Positions 45,637-53,423 of a DNA stretch of 64,000 nucleotides are shown here, in pieces. The DNA is from an uncultured Candidatus Saccharibacteria bacterium (GTDB taxonomy: Bacteria > Patescibacteriota > Saccharimonadia > Saccharimonadales > AWTP1-31), in NCBI GenBank assembly GCA_937903325.1, contig CALCZR010000058.1, positions 193,034-257,033 of the forward strand. Direction: 5' to 3'. The position numbers were made by a program, and so were the translations under genes. The notes under the pieces were generated by a model. The model had not been told where the DNA came from. It searched no databases and saw nothing but the letters and a program-made list of their open reading frames with translations. Each line of letters begins with the position of its first letter. Position 1 is the first letter of the stretch.

Positions 45637-46320
45637 CTATTGTAGCAGTTTGGTAATTGCCGTGAGCGCCGCAGTTTCCGCCCGAAGCGTGAAGTCATGC
45701 AGGTTGAGGTGTTTAATCTCTAAGTCCTTAAACAGTTGTTTTTCGGTATCACTCCAGCCACCCTCGGGACCAATGAGCACACCGAGATCTTCGCCAGCTA
45801 ACTCACCTTCACTACTATCCTGTTCGCAGATATACAGAGTTGCTTTGTCCTGGTACTGCTCAATGGCTTTTGCCACATGCATAGTATCTCGCACATTGGG
45901 GATGTCGCTCCGGCCGCATTGTTCGGCTGCTTCAATAACAATCTTTCGAGCACGTTCAATGTTAAAGCCTGTCTTTTCAGAGCGATCTGCTAGCAGTGGA
46001 ATAAAGTGACTAACTCCTAATTCGGTGGCCTTTTGTAATACCCAGTCATTCTTGTCTTTCTTAAGCAAAGACCAGAACAAATAGATATTTTTACGCGGCA
46101 GTTGGCGCTTGTAGTCTGTAACCAATTCTAAATGTGCTTCGTCAGAACTCAGCTCTGTAATCTTGTAGAGACGGTCGTGTTCTAGACCATCAAACAATAC
46201 GATTTGCTGTCCTGCACGGAAACGTAGAACCTTGTTCCATTGGTGTAGCAATACTTCTTCCTTAAACCAGAAGTCATGTTCAAGTTTTAGTTCGGGTACG
46301 TAAAAGCGATGTATCTTCAT
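45637..46320 (-). CDS. rsmE: 16S rRNA (uracil1498-N3)-methyltransferase RsmE
   Basis: MKIHRFYVP N-terminus, C-terminal IGPEGGW SPOUT motif. Confidence 0.8.
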   Translation of the reverse strand: MKIHRFYVPELKLEHDFWFKEEVLLHQWNKVLRFRAGQQIVLFDGLEHDRLYKITELSSDEAHLELVTDYKRQLPRKNIYLFWSLLKKDKNDWVLQKATELGVSHFIPLLADRSEKTGFNIERARKIVIEAAEQCGRSDIPNVRDTMHVAKAIEQYQDKATLYICEQDSSEGELAGEDLGVLIGPEGGWSDTEKQLFKDLEIKHLNLHDFTLRAETAALTAITKLLQ

Positions 46321-47579
46321 TTCTTTTCTAGTATACAGAGTGTTTCAATGTGTGGCGTCCGTGGGAAGAAGTTGTAACAAACAAAGTCACGAATCGTGTA
46401 GGTATCCTGAAGTAGCGCTACATCACGAGCCTGGGTTGCTGGGTTGCATGATAAATAGCAGATTTGCGCCGGGCCTGCTTCAAGAATTCGCTCTATCACG
46501 TCTTTATGTAGACCGCTTCGTGGCGGATCAACAATAAGACAGCTATCAGGCGTTATGTACTCCAATGCTTGCTCAGTACTAGCTTCAATGACTTCAATGT
46601 CTTTATTGCCAGCATTCTTTTTGGCCATAGCCACGTTAGCTGAATCTAACTCCACCAAGGCCTTCGTGTCGCCAATTGGTATACCAATACTGCCGACGCC
46701 GGCGTACATATCTACTTTGTTTTTAGTGCCGTGACTTACCTGATCTATTTTCTGTAGTGCCAATTCAAAAACCGGTAAGTTAACTTGGAAGAAGCCAATA
46801 ACGTCATATTGCATCAAGGTTCCAAGCAGTGTGTCATCAAGTTTCGTATCACCAACTTCATACAGTAATTTGGTCGCCACTGACGCCGGACTTTTAGGGT
46901 TTGAGTGGTAAACTTTGATGCCACTAATGCCTTCTGGTAGTTTGAACTTTGAGAAGGTTTCAGGTTTCACAAATAGTGCAGCAACTACCTTCCCGGCCTG
47001 ATTACACCTTAGGATTACAGATTTTAGATCTCCAGCCCGAACACTATTTTTGTTCAATTCGACTAAAAGCGCCTGTGCTGCATCATTAATGGCTGGCAGC
47101 GCCAACGCACTACCCTGCACTATTTGCTTACGATGCGTGCCGCGATTGTAGAACGCATAGTGCAGTCCTTCGTCGTCTCCGTAGAACGAAAACTCAATCT
47201 TATTACGATACCCAAACTCATTGCCATCACTCACTACCTCAAAATCTGGCAATGTCACGCCTTCCCGCTTAAACGTCTCCTGCACAATGTCGTGCATGGC
47301 AATATGCTCTGCGTTAAGGGTCATATTCTGCCATGGAGATGTTGCAAGATAGATCGATTCCTTTGGCTCGATGCGCTCAGCAGACGCCTCTAGAATCTCT
47401 TCTGCAATACCTTCAACAAAGTCTTTCTTTCGCTTCGTAAGGAGCGCCCTAACTTGCTCACTTGGCAACGCATTCCATATAAAGGCCTTGCGTCCATCTG
47501 CTAGCGTGCCGAATCCTTGGCCACCGTGAACCAATTTCTCAATAGCTAGTTCTTCATAAATTGGTGTTTTTTGCTTCAT
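46317..47579 (-). CDS. RNA (uracil-5)-methyltransferase, RlmD/TrmA family
   Basis: VDPPRSGL and YLSCNPATQARD motifs. Confidence 0.8.
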   Translation of the reverse strand: MKQKTPIYEELAIEKLVHGGQGFGTLADGRKAFIWNALPSEQVRALLTKRKKDFVEGIAEEILEASAERIEPKESIYLATSPWQNMTLNAEHIAMHDIVQETFKREGVTLPDFEVVSDGNEFGYRNKIEFSFYGDDEGLHYAFYNRGTHRKQIVQGSALALPAINDAAQALLVELNKNSVRAGDLKSVILRCNQAGKVVAALFVKPETFSKFKLPEGISGIKVYHSNPKSPASVATKLLYEVGDTKLDDTLLGTLMQYDVIGFFQVNLPVFELALQKIDQVSHGTKNKVDMYAGVGSIGIPIGDTKALVELDSANVAMAKKNAGNKDIEVIEASTEQALEYITPDSCLIVDPPRSGLHKDVIERILEAGPAQICYLSCNPATQARDVALLQDTYTIRDFVCYNFFPRTPHIETLCILEKK

Positions 47580-48046
47580 TAGATCTCAATCTCGGTTATA
47601 GAAGCCTGACTAGGAATAAAATGTTCAGGGTCTGATTGGCCCAGTGCGGTTAATAGTGCTGCGATAACAAGACCATGCGTTACCCAGATACGTTCTTCTG
47701 GTAGATTCCGTAGAATGGCTTGAGCTGCTTCTATAGCTTCTTTGGGAAGCTTACCTTGCTCTACACCTTCTTGCGTTCTCTTTGGATCACCAGTATTTAT
47801 CTCATCTATTATTTTATTGACGTTTAGATCCGTAAAACCTGCCAAACGCGCTGTTTCTTGTGTCCGAATAAAGTCAGAAACAGCTACAGGCTGACTGAAG
47901 TCTATACCTCGTTTTACCAACTCTTGCTTGAGTTTGGCTGCCTGCTTCCTTCCCGCTTCATTGAGAGGTGCGCCATGCTTACCCTGCAAGGCCCGTGTAA
48001 GTCGATTGGCGTCAGTTGCAGCGTGTCGAATAAGAAGATATTTCAT
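47579..48046 (-). CDS. histidine phosphatase (phosphoglycerate-mutase-like) family protein
   Basis: LLIRHAATDAN (RHG-type catalytic His) and a downstream THG; 155 aa. Confidence 0.6.
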   Translation of the reverse strand: MKYLLIRHAATDANRLTRALQGKHGAPLNEAGRKQAAKLKQELVKRGIDFSQPVAVSDFIRTQETARLAGFTDLNVNKIIDEINTGDPKRTQEGVEQGKLPKEAIEAAQAILRNLPEERIWVTHGLVIAALLTALGQSDPEHFIPSQASITEIEI

Positions 48047-48052
48047 GTTCGA

Positions 48053-48874
48053 CTACGGACGGAGGGTACCGAAGAATACCTGCCATGCAAGCGCTGTTTT
48101 AGCTACCAAGCTTAAGATCATATAGACACGTTCACCGTATAGGTAGTTAGCCCATTGCCCCTTCTTGGCGTACTGCAGATACATATTAACTGCAAAGCTA
48201 GAGAAGAATACGAACATACTTCCGTAGATAAAGTATACGAACGTTGGAATGCCGCCAGAACCATATGCGTTAGCGCCAATTACGTAGATAGCGAACACGA
48301 TCCATGGCACTATACCAGCAACACAGCCAAGGTTGTAGGTAATCCAGTTGGTCTTCTTTGCTCCTTGGTTTGTAAGTTCCATAACCAACCCCATGCTATT
48401 CATGAGAAGATCTAAGATAAAGATCATAAGAAGTGCTGAAAAGTCGTACACGCCGCTTAAGAGTGCAATAGCCACCATCATGACACTGGCGCTGAGGCCA
48501 TATTCAATCCAACGAGCTTTGTTAATCCCCTTCTTGAGATCTGCTTCGTAGGTTTTACGATACTTTGTTGCAATTACAGCGTGAGCAATCGCTGACATAA
48601 AGAAGAAGGTCGCTACGAGATAGGCCAAGTTGACGTTGAAAATGTTATGTATAGCAGGAGCTAGTACCGGCTTCTCGGCGATCTTAGATGCTGCAGTGTC
48701 CTGTGTAAGGAACGTTGTATGTACGGGCCATGAATTAGCTTTACTGAGTACCAGTACAAGGATACCTTGCACTGCGTGCAGAACTGCAAGCCACTTGTTC
48801 CATGAGTTAAGTGAGTTTGGTGTAATGGTGAGCGGTGTTTTTTTGCGTAATTTCATGTCTGCACTATACCACAT
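48053..48874 (-). CDS. heliorhodopsin
   Basis: 7 TM; RWIEYGLSASVMMV, GCVAGIVPWIVFAIYVI, NYLYGERVYMILSLVAKTALAWQVFFGTLRP match heliorhodopsin 48C12 as recalled, including the Schiff-base Lys and counterion Glu; likely true start is ATG 48856. Confidence 0.85.
   Translation of the reverse strand: MWYSADMKLRKKTPLTITPNSLNSWNKWLAVLHAVQGILVLVLSKANSWPVHTTFLTQDTAASKIAEKPVLAPAIHNIFNVNLAYLVATFFFMSAIAHAVIATKYRKTYEADLKKGINKARWIEYGLSASVMMVAIALLSGVYDFSALLMIFILDLLMNSMGLVMELTNQGAKKTNWITYNLGCVAGIVPWIVFAIYVIGANAYGSGGIPTFVYFIYGSMFVFFSSFAVNMYLQYAKKGQWANYLYGERVYMILSLVAKTALAWQVFFGTLRP
48863..48870 (-). promoter_or_regulatory. GGTATAGT -10-like element, 6 nt upstream of the internal ATG 48856 of the heliorhodopsin ORF
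   Basis: plus strand ACTATACC. Confidence 0.4.
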
Positions 48875-48913
48875 AATAGCCGTCCCGAAGATGTTATACT
48901 GGGCGTAAGCACT

Positions 48914-49582
48914 ATGAAACCAAAACTAGCTATCCCCCAACGCAACTCCCTGAACTATAACGCCACCAAGAAGAACAAGCGCTCACTAAAATCGAAGCTT
49001 GTGCTCATAATCTTAGGACTAATCGCTCTCGGTAGTTTTACCTTACTGGCACTCCCTTACCTGCCTCGGCTCCGCTATCTCATATTCAAACCAAAGATAG
49101 ATGCCACGTCATACCAACAAGCTGCTCAGTCGACAAAGGAAGGTAAAGAAGCCCCTATCGACAACGAAGCTCAAAAGCCCGGTAACCGCCTAGTCCTACC
49201 CGGTATTGGTGTCGACACCCAGATCATAGACGGCCGGAACATTTACGTTATCGGCAAGAACCAGGGAGTCTGGCGCGAGACTGGGAACATCGACCCCACA
49301 CAAGAAGGTAACATTGTCATTGCGGGACATCGCTTCCTTTACACCGCTACGAATGGTGGCTGGTTCTACAACCTCCCGGAGCTCCAGAACGGCCAGAAAA
49401 TCTATATTCGCTGGGACAGTAAAGTATATGAATATGAGATCTACAACTCTAAAACAGTTCTACCAACCCAAGTAGATATACGAGATACCGATCCAGATGT
49501 TCCCAAGAAACTCACGCTGTATACTTGCTACCCTCTCGGAAGTACTGCTAAGCGATTCGTTATTGAAGCCAAGCAACTTTAG
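48914..49582 (+). CDS. sortase-family transpeptidase
   Basis: N-terminal TM anchor, IAGHR (His), TLYTCYP (TLxTC Cys), C-terminal R. Confidence 0.8.
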   Translation: MKPKLAIPQRNSLNYNATKKNKRSLKSKLVLIILGLIALGSFTLLALPYLPRLRYLIFKPKIDATSYQQAAQSTKEGKEAPIDNEAQKPGNRLVLPGIGVDTQIIDGRNIYVIGKNQGVWRETGNIDPTQEGNIVIAGHRFLYTATNGGWFYNLPELQNGQKIYIRWDSKVYEYEIYNSKTVLPTQVDIRDTDPDVPKKLTLYTCYPLGSTAKRFVIEAKQL

Positions 49583-49620
49583 CACAAGCAGTTGATCCTA
49601 TCTGTTAGACGCGGTATCCT

Positions 49621-50448
49621 GTGCCTATGTCAGTACCAAACTACGAACACTTATTCAATCCTCTGCTCGAGGCGCTTAGGAAACTTGGCGGTTCTGCCAC
49701 AATCGAAGAACTCGAATCTGAAGTGTCTATAATTCTTGCTCTGAGCGAAAAGGACATCAACGAACTTCATAGAGGGAGTCGAACCAAACTTTCTTATCGC
49801 CTAGCCTGGGCCCGGACCTATCTCAAACGTTATGGATTACTCGAAAACTCAGCTCGTGGTGTTTGGTCATTGACTGACAAAGGAGAGAAAACCAGTAAGG
49901 TCGACATAAAAGTAGTACAGCAGACCGTCAGGTCTCTGGATAAGAAACAAACCGGGACCGCATCTTTCACTGAAGATAGTCTTGTAGACGAATGGGAAGA
50001 AAGACTTCTTGCAGAGCTGCAAAGCGTATCTCCTGCAGGTTTTGAACGCCTCTGCCAAAGACTTCTGCGTGAAGCCGGGTTTATAGATGTCGACGTTACG
50101 GGTCGCCCCGGAGATGGTGGCATAGATGGCATTGGGACTATACGTATCAATCTCATTAGTTTTAGAGTGATCTTTCAATGCAAACGATACAAAGGAAGCA
50201 TTTCCTCTCAACAAATACGCGAATTTAAAGGTACTATGTCCGGGCGAGCTGAGCGAGGCCTATTTATAACAACGAGCACATTTACCAAGGACGCCCGAGG
50301 TGAAGCCAATAGAGACGGGTCTACCCCCATCGATCTGATCGACGGCAAACGACTCGTAGAACTCATGAAGGAATATCAGCTAGGCGTTACCGTAAAAACC
50401 ACGGAACAAATAGATATTCAGCCCGAGTGGTTCAAAAGCTTCCACTAA
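49621..50448 (+). CDS. mrr: Mrr-type (type IV, modification-dependent) restriction endonuclease
   Basis: N-terminal winged-helix Mrr_N-like region; catalytic core GDGGIDGIG ... FQCKRY ... LFITTSTFT. Confidence 0.8.
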   Translation: MPMSVPNYEHLFNPLLEALRKLGGSATIEELESEVSIILALSEKDINELHRGSRTKLSYRLAWARTYLKRYGLLENSARGVWSLTDKGEKTSKVDIKVVQQTVRSLDKKQTGTASFTEDSLVDEWEERLLAELQSVSPAGFERLCQRLLREAGFIDVDVTGRPGDGGIDGIGTIRINLISFRVIFQCKRYKGSISSQQIREFKGTMSGRAERGLFITTSTFTKDARGEANRDGSTPIDLIDGKRLVELMKEYQLGVTVKTTEQIDIQPEWFKSFH

Positions 50449-50975
50449 GCTAGTAGCTTCTGGAACTTCTGGCGTAGTTTAGCGAGCTTCGGATTAATAA
50501 CCACCTGGCAATACCCGGCTTCAGGATGTTTCTGGAAATAGTTCTGGTGTTCATCTTCTGCTGGGTAAAACACCTCAAGCTGCTTCACTTCAGTTACTAT
50601 TGGATCTTCCCAAAGCTTGGCCACTTCTCTGAGAGACGTATTTATAACCGCCTCTTGCATAGCATCAGTGTAGTAGATAGCCGAGCGATACTGACTTCCT
50701 TCGTCAGCTCCCTGTCGATTTAATGACGTAGGGTCGTGCATAGCCCAGAAAATGTCTAGTATATCTTCCAGGCTGATCTTGGAAGAATCAAAAGTAACTT
50801 TCACTACTTCGGCATGACCAGTATCGCCGCCAGCTACCGCGTAGTAGTGCGGATCTTTTGTATTGCCACCGGCATACCCAGATATGACTTCAGTAACACC
50901 GTCTACGAGACGGTAGCCGGCATCTAAGCACCAGAAACAACCGCCTCCGAGTACAATGCTCTCTTGTTTTGCCAT
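50445..50975 (-). CDS. msrA: peptide methionine (S)-S-oxide reductase MsrA
   Basis: GGGCFWC active site, GHAEVV. Confidence 0.9.
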   Translation of the reverse strand: MAKQESIVLGGGCFWCLDAGYRLVDGVTEVISGYAGGNTKDPHYYAVAGGDTGHAEVVKVTFDSSKISLEDILDIFWAMHDPTSLNRQGADEGSQYRSAIYYTDAMQEAVINTSLREVAKLWEDPIVTEVKQLEVFYPAEDEHQNYFQKHPEAGYCQVVINPKLAKLRQKFQKLLA

Positions 50976-50978
50976 GAG

Positions 50979-51281
50979 CTACTCCGTAACAGCAACGTCA
51001 CGCCAGAACGCAACATAGTTTGAAAAGTCTTTTTTAACCTGGTCGATACCTGATTTTAAGGGTTCTGGGTAACTCCAGGCATTGTCTTGACTCTGATCAT
51101 CGCCTTTGCCTATGTTAAAGTACTGGCAAACACCTTTCCATGGACAAGTATATGGTGTTGGGCTTTTACTGAGGAACTCTTGCTTTACTGAACTCGGTGG
51201 GAAATACCAATTCCCTTCGATATAGATGAGATCTTTTCTATCTGCTTCTGCAATTACTTGGTCTTTCCAAACTGCTTTCAT
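50979..51281 (-). CDS. DUF427-domain protein
   Basis: 100 aa; YIEGNWYFPP and CPWKG motifs typical of DUF427. Confidence 0.65.
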   Translation of the reverse strand: MKAVWKDQVIAEADRKDLIYIEGNWYFPPSSVKQEFLSKSPTPYTCPWKGVCQYFNIGKGDDQSQDNAWSYPEPLKSGIDQVKKDFSNYVAFWRDVAVTE

Positions 51282-51292
51282 AGCTTTCTCCT

Positions 51293-52669
51293 TTATTCTG
51301 TTCTTAGTGCTTCGATCGGATCAAGCTTAGCTGCTTTACGAGCCGGTAAGTACCCTGCCACCATAGCGACCAAGATAAGTACTGCAATCAGGGCAATAAT
51401 CTGTGCTGGTCGGAAGATAAGCAAGCTATTACCTGCGCCTAGATCAAGTTTCTTAGTTACCCATGGATTGAGCGGGATTCCAACGAGTAATGACGCAACG
51501 GATCCAATAAGACCGCCGAGGAAGCCAATCCAGCCTGCCTCGAGCATGAACAGCCGACGTAAGTCACGCTTGCGCATGCCAAGGGCCTTCATAAGGCCGA
51601 TTTCTCGAATACGTTCTAGTACACTGATGTATTGAGTATTCACGATCCCAAAGATCGAAGCGATTAGCGTTATCAAGCCGAATACCCCCACTAACGCTTG
51701 GAGAATATTTACTATCTGAGTAATAGACTGCTGTATATCCTTACTACTCTGGGTGAAGTAGTCCTTGGACTTCAAGTCATTCTGCGCAGTCGTAATCTTG
51801 GCCGCATCTTTACCGTCCTTCACTCGCACAAACACATAGCTGTACTTACCGTAATTAGAGGTGCCTTCCGTGGTGTAGTCGTAGATATTTTTAGCATCCG
51901 CTGTAGACACGAGTACCGGCAAAGTACCAAAGTTAATACTAGTTGCAGCCTTCTTAGTGACAGCAACGATCTTAAAGCTTCGTTGCTCAGATGCTGGCTG
52001 CAAGGTCTTTAGGTCTCGGCCCTCACGAATAGCTTGAATTACTTCCTCACCAGTTGAGTCAACAAAAGGTTTCTGGACATCGATCTTAATAGTTTTGCCA
52101 AGCGCATCGTTGGCACTCTTAAAGCCAAGAGCCTTAATGTAACCATCCGGCAAAGTTGCTTGGCCAGCAGCGATGTCACCTTCTGTCGGTAACTTACCTG
52201 CCTCAACCTCTGGCTTCTGTGCAGGGTTATATGCAGTTGCGCTCAACGTAAAGCGCTTCTGACCATCACGGGTAACGTAGCGCGCATTGAGGATGTAGTT
52301 AGCCCGTACCTGCTCAATATATGGTAGCTTTTCTAGTTCCTGAATATCTTCAGTGGTAACTTGTTTAATCTGCAGACTTGAGCCGTCTCCGCCCACCGTG
52401 AGCGAGGATACTGATTCATCATATTCCTTAGGTTCAGTACTTGGAGCACCATTATTGGCAATCTCTTTATCACGACCCACAATAAGCTCTGCAGGATCGA
52501 AGTTACTAGCTACTAATCGGTCGGTATAGGCTCGGATGCCGTTACCGGCAGCTAGCGTAGTTGTTAGGGTAAAACCACCAACTGCAATAGCCAGTGAAGT
52601 GAGAATTGTACGGAGCTTTGCATTACGCAAACTTCGGCCACTTCGTCGAACAGTGTCAGTAATGCGCAT
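51293..52669 (-). CDS. ABC transporter permease, FtsX/MacB-like
   Basis: TM1, large periplasmic-type domain, then 3 C-terminal TM segments with the FtsX-fold motif (REIGLMKALG). Confidence 0.8.
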   Translation of the reverse strand: MRITDTVRRSGRSLRNAKLRTILTSLAIAVGGFTLTTTLAAGNGIRAYTDRLVASNFDPAELIVGRDKEIANNGAPSTEPKEYDESVSSLTVGGDGSSLQIKQVTTEDIQELEKLPYIEQVRANYILNARYVTRDGQKRFTLSATAYNPAQKPEVEAGKLPTEGDIAAGQATLPDGYIKALGFKSANDALGKTIKIDVQKPFVDSTGEEVIQAIREGRDLKTLQPASEQRSFKIVAVTKKAATSINFGTLPVLVSTADAKNIYDYTTEGTSNYGKYSYVFVRVKDGKDAAKITTAQNDLKSKDYFTQSSKDIQQSITQIVNILQALVGVFGLITLIASIFGIVNTQYISVLERIREIGLMKALGMRKRDLRRLFMLEAGWIGFLGGLIGSVASLLVGIPLNPWVTKKLDLGAGNSLLIFRPAQIIALIAVLILVAMVAGYLPARKAAKLDPIEALRTE

Positions 52670-53397
52670 TATTTTTTCCCCTTCTTGGCTACTTTGGTCT
52701 TAGCACTCTTTGCCTTAACAGCGCTTCCAGTAATACTCTCGATGCGGCCGTCTTTGAGACGTACTTGCATCTGGCAACGAGCGGCAAGATCGTTATCGTG
52801 CGTCACAATCACCAAGGTACTACCAATACTCTTATTGATATTAAACAGTAGATCAATGATCTTATCTCCCGTAGCACTGTCTAGGTTACCTGTTGGTTCG
52901 TCTGCAAAGATAAGTTTTGGCTTGTTCACAATGGCACGAGCAATAGCTAGACGCTGCTTCTGGCCACCAGATAAGTTACGGGCCTTAGAGTTAACTTTCT
53001 CGGCTAGATCTACCGCCTCAAGTGCCTCAAGCACTCGTTGCTTGCGATCCCGTCCGCGTACTTCAGCAATCTCAAGTGGTAACATAACGTTCTGGTAACA
53101 CGTTTGGTTACCCTCTACGAAGAAAGCCTGGAAGATAAAGCTCATAGACTCTGCTCTAAAAGCATCCATCTGCTTTGCCTTCATTTGGCTTAGTACTGTT
53201 CCACTGACGCTAATATGCCCGTCACTTGGGGTGTCCAGCCCACTCATAATATGCATGAGTGTCGATTTACCGGAGCCACTCTTACCAATAATGGCAACAG
53301 TAGCACCTTCCTTAATATTCAAACTAACATCGTTCAGTGCCGTAAATGCACTATCCTTCTTCCCATACGTCTTAGTGACGTTAACAACCTCTATCAT
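52669..53397 (-). CDS. ABC transporter ATP-binding protein (MacB/LolD-like)
   Basis: GKSGSGKST, LSGGQKQR, LIFADEPTG; start moved to ATG 53397 (MIEVVNVTK) because the 29-codon extension overlaps the lysK 3' end. Confidence 0.9.
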   Translation of the reverse strand: MIEVVNVTKTYGKKDSAFTALNDVSLNIKEGATVAIIGKSGSGKSTLMHIMSGLDTPSDGHISVSGTVLSQMKAKQMDAFRAESMSFIFQAFFVEGNQTCYQNVMLPLEIAEVRGRDRKQRVLEALEAVDLAEKVNSKARNLSGGQKQRLAIARAIVNKPKLIFADEPTGNLDSATGDKIIDLLFNINKSIGSTLVIVTHDNDLAARCQMQVRLKDGRIESITGSAVKAKSAKTKVAKKGKK

Positions 53398-53403
53398 GCT
53401 ACT

Positions 53404-53409
53404 AGTATA
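53404..53409 (-). promoter_or_regulatory. TATACT element, 6 nt upstream of ATG 53397
   Basis: plus strand AGTATA. Confidence 0.35.
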
Positions 53410-53423
53410 GCAAGACGGGTAAA

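Noticed and set aside
45633-45698. 22-codon N-terminal extension of the PD-(D/E)XK nuclease ORF
   Set aside because: It overlaps rsmE by 62 nt and is Arg-rich low complexity. The internal ATG 45632 lies 4 nt after the rsmE stop.
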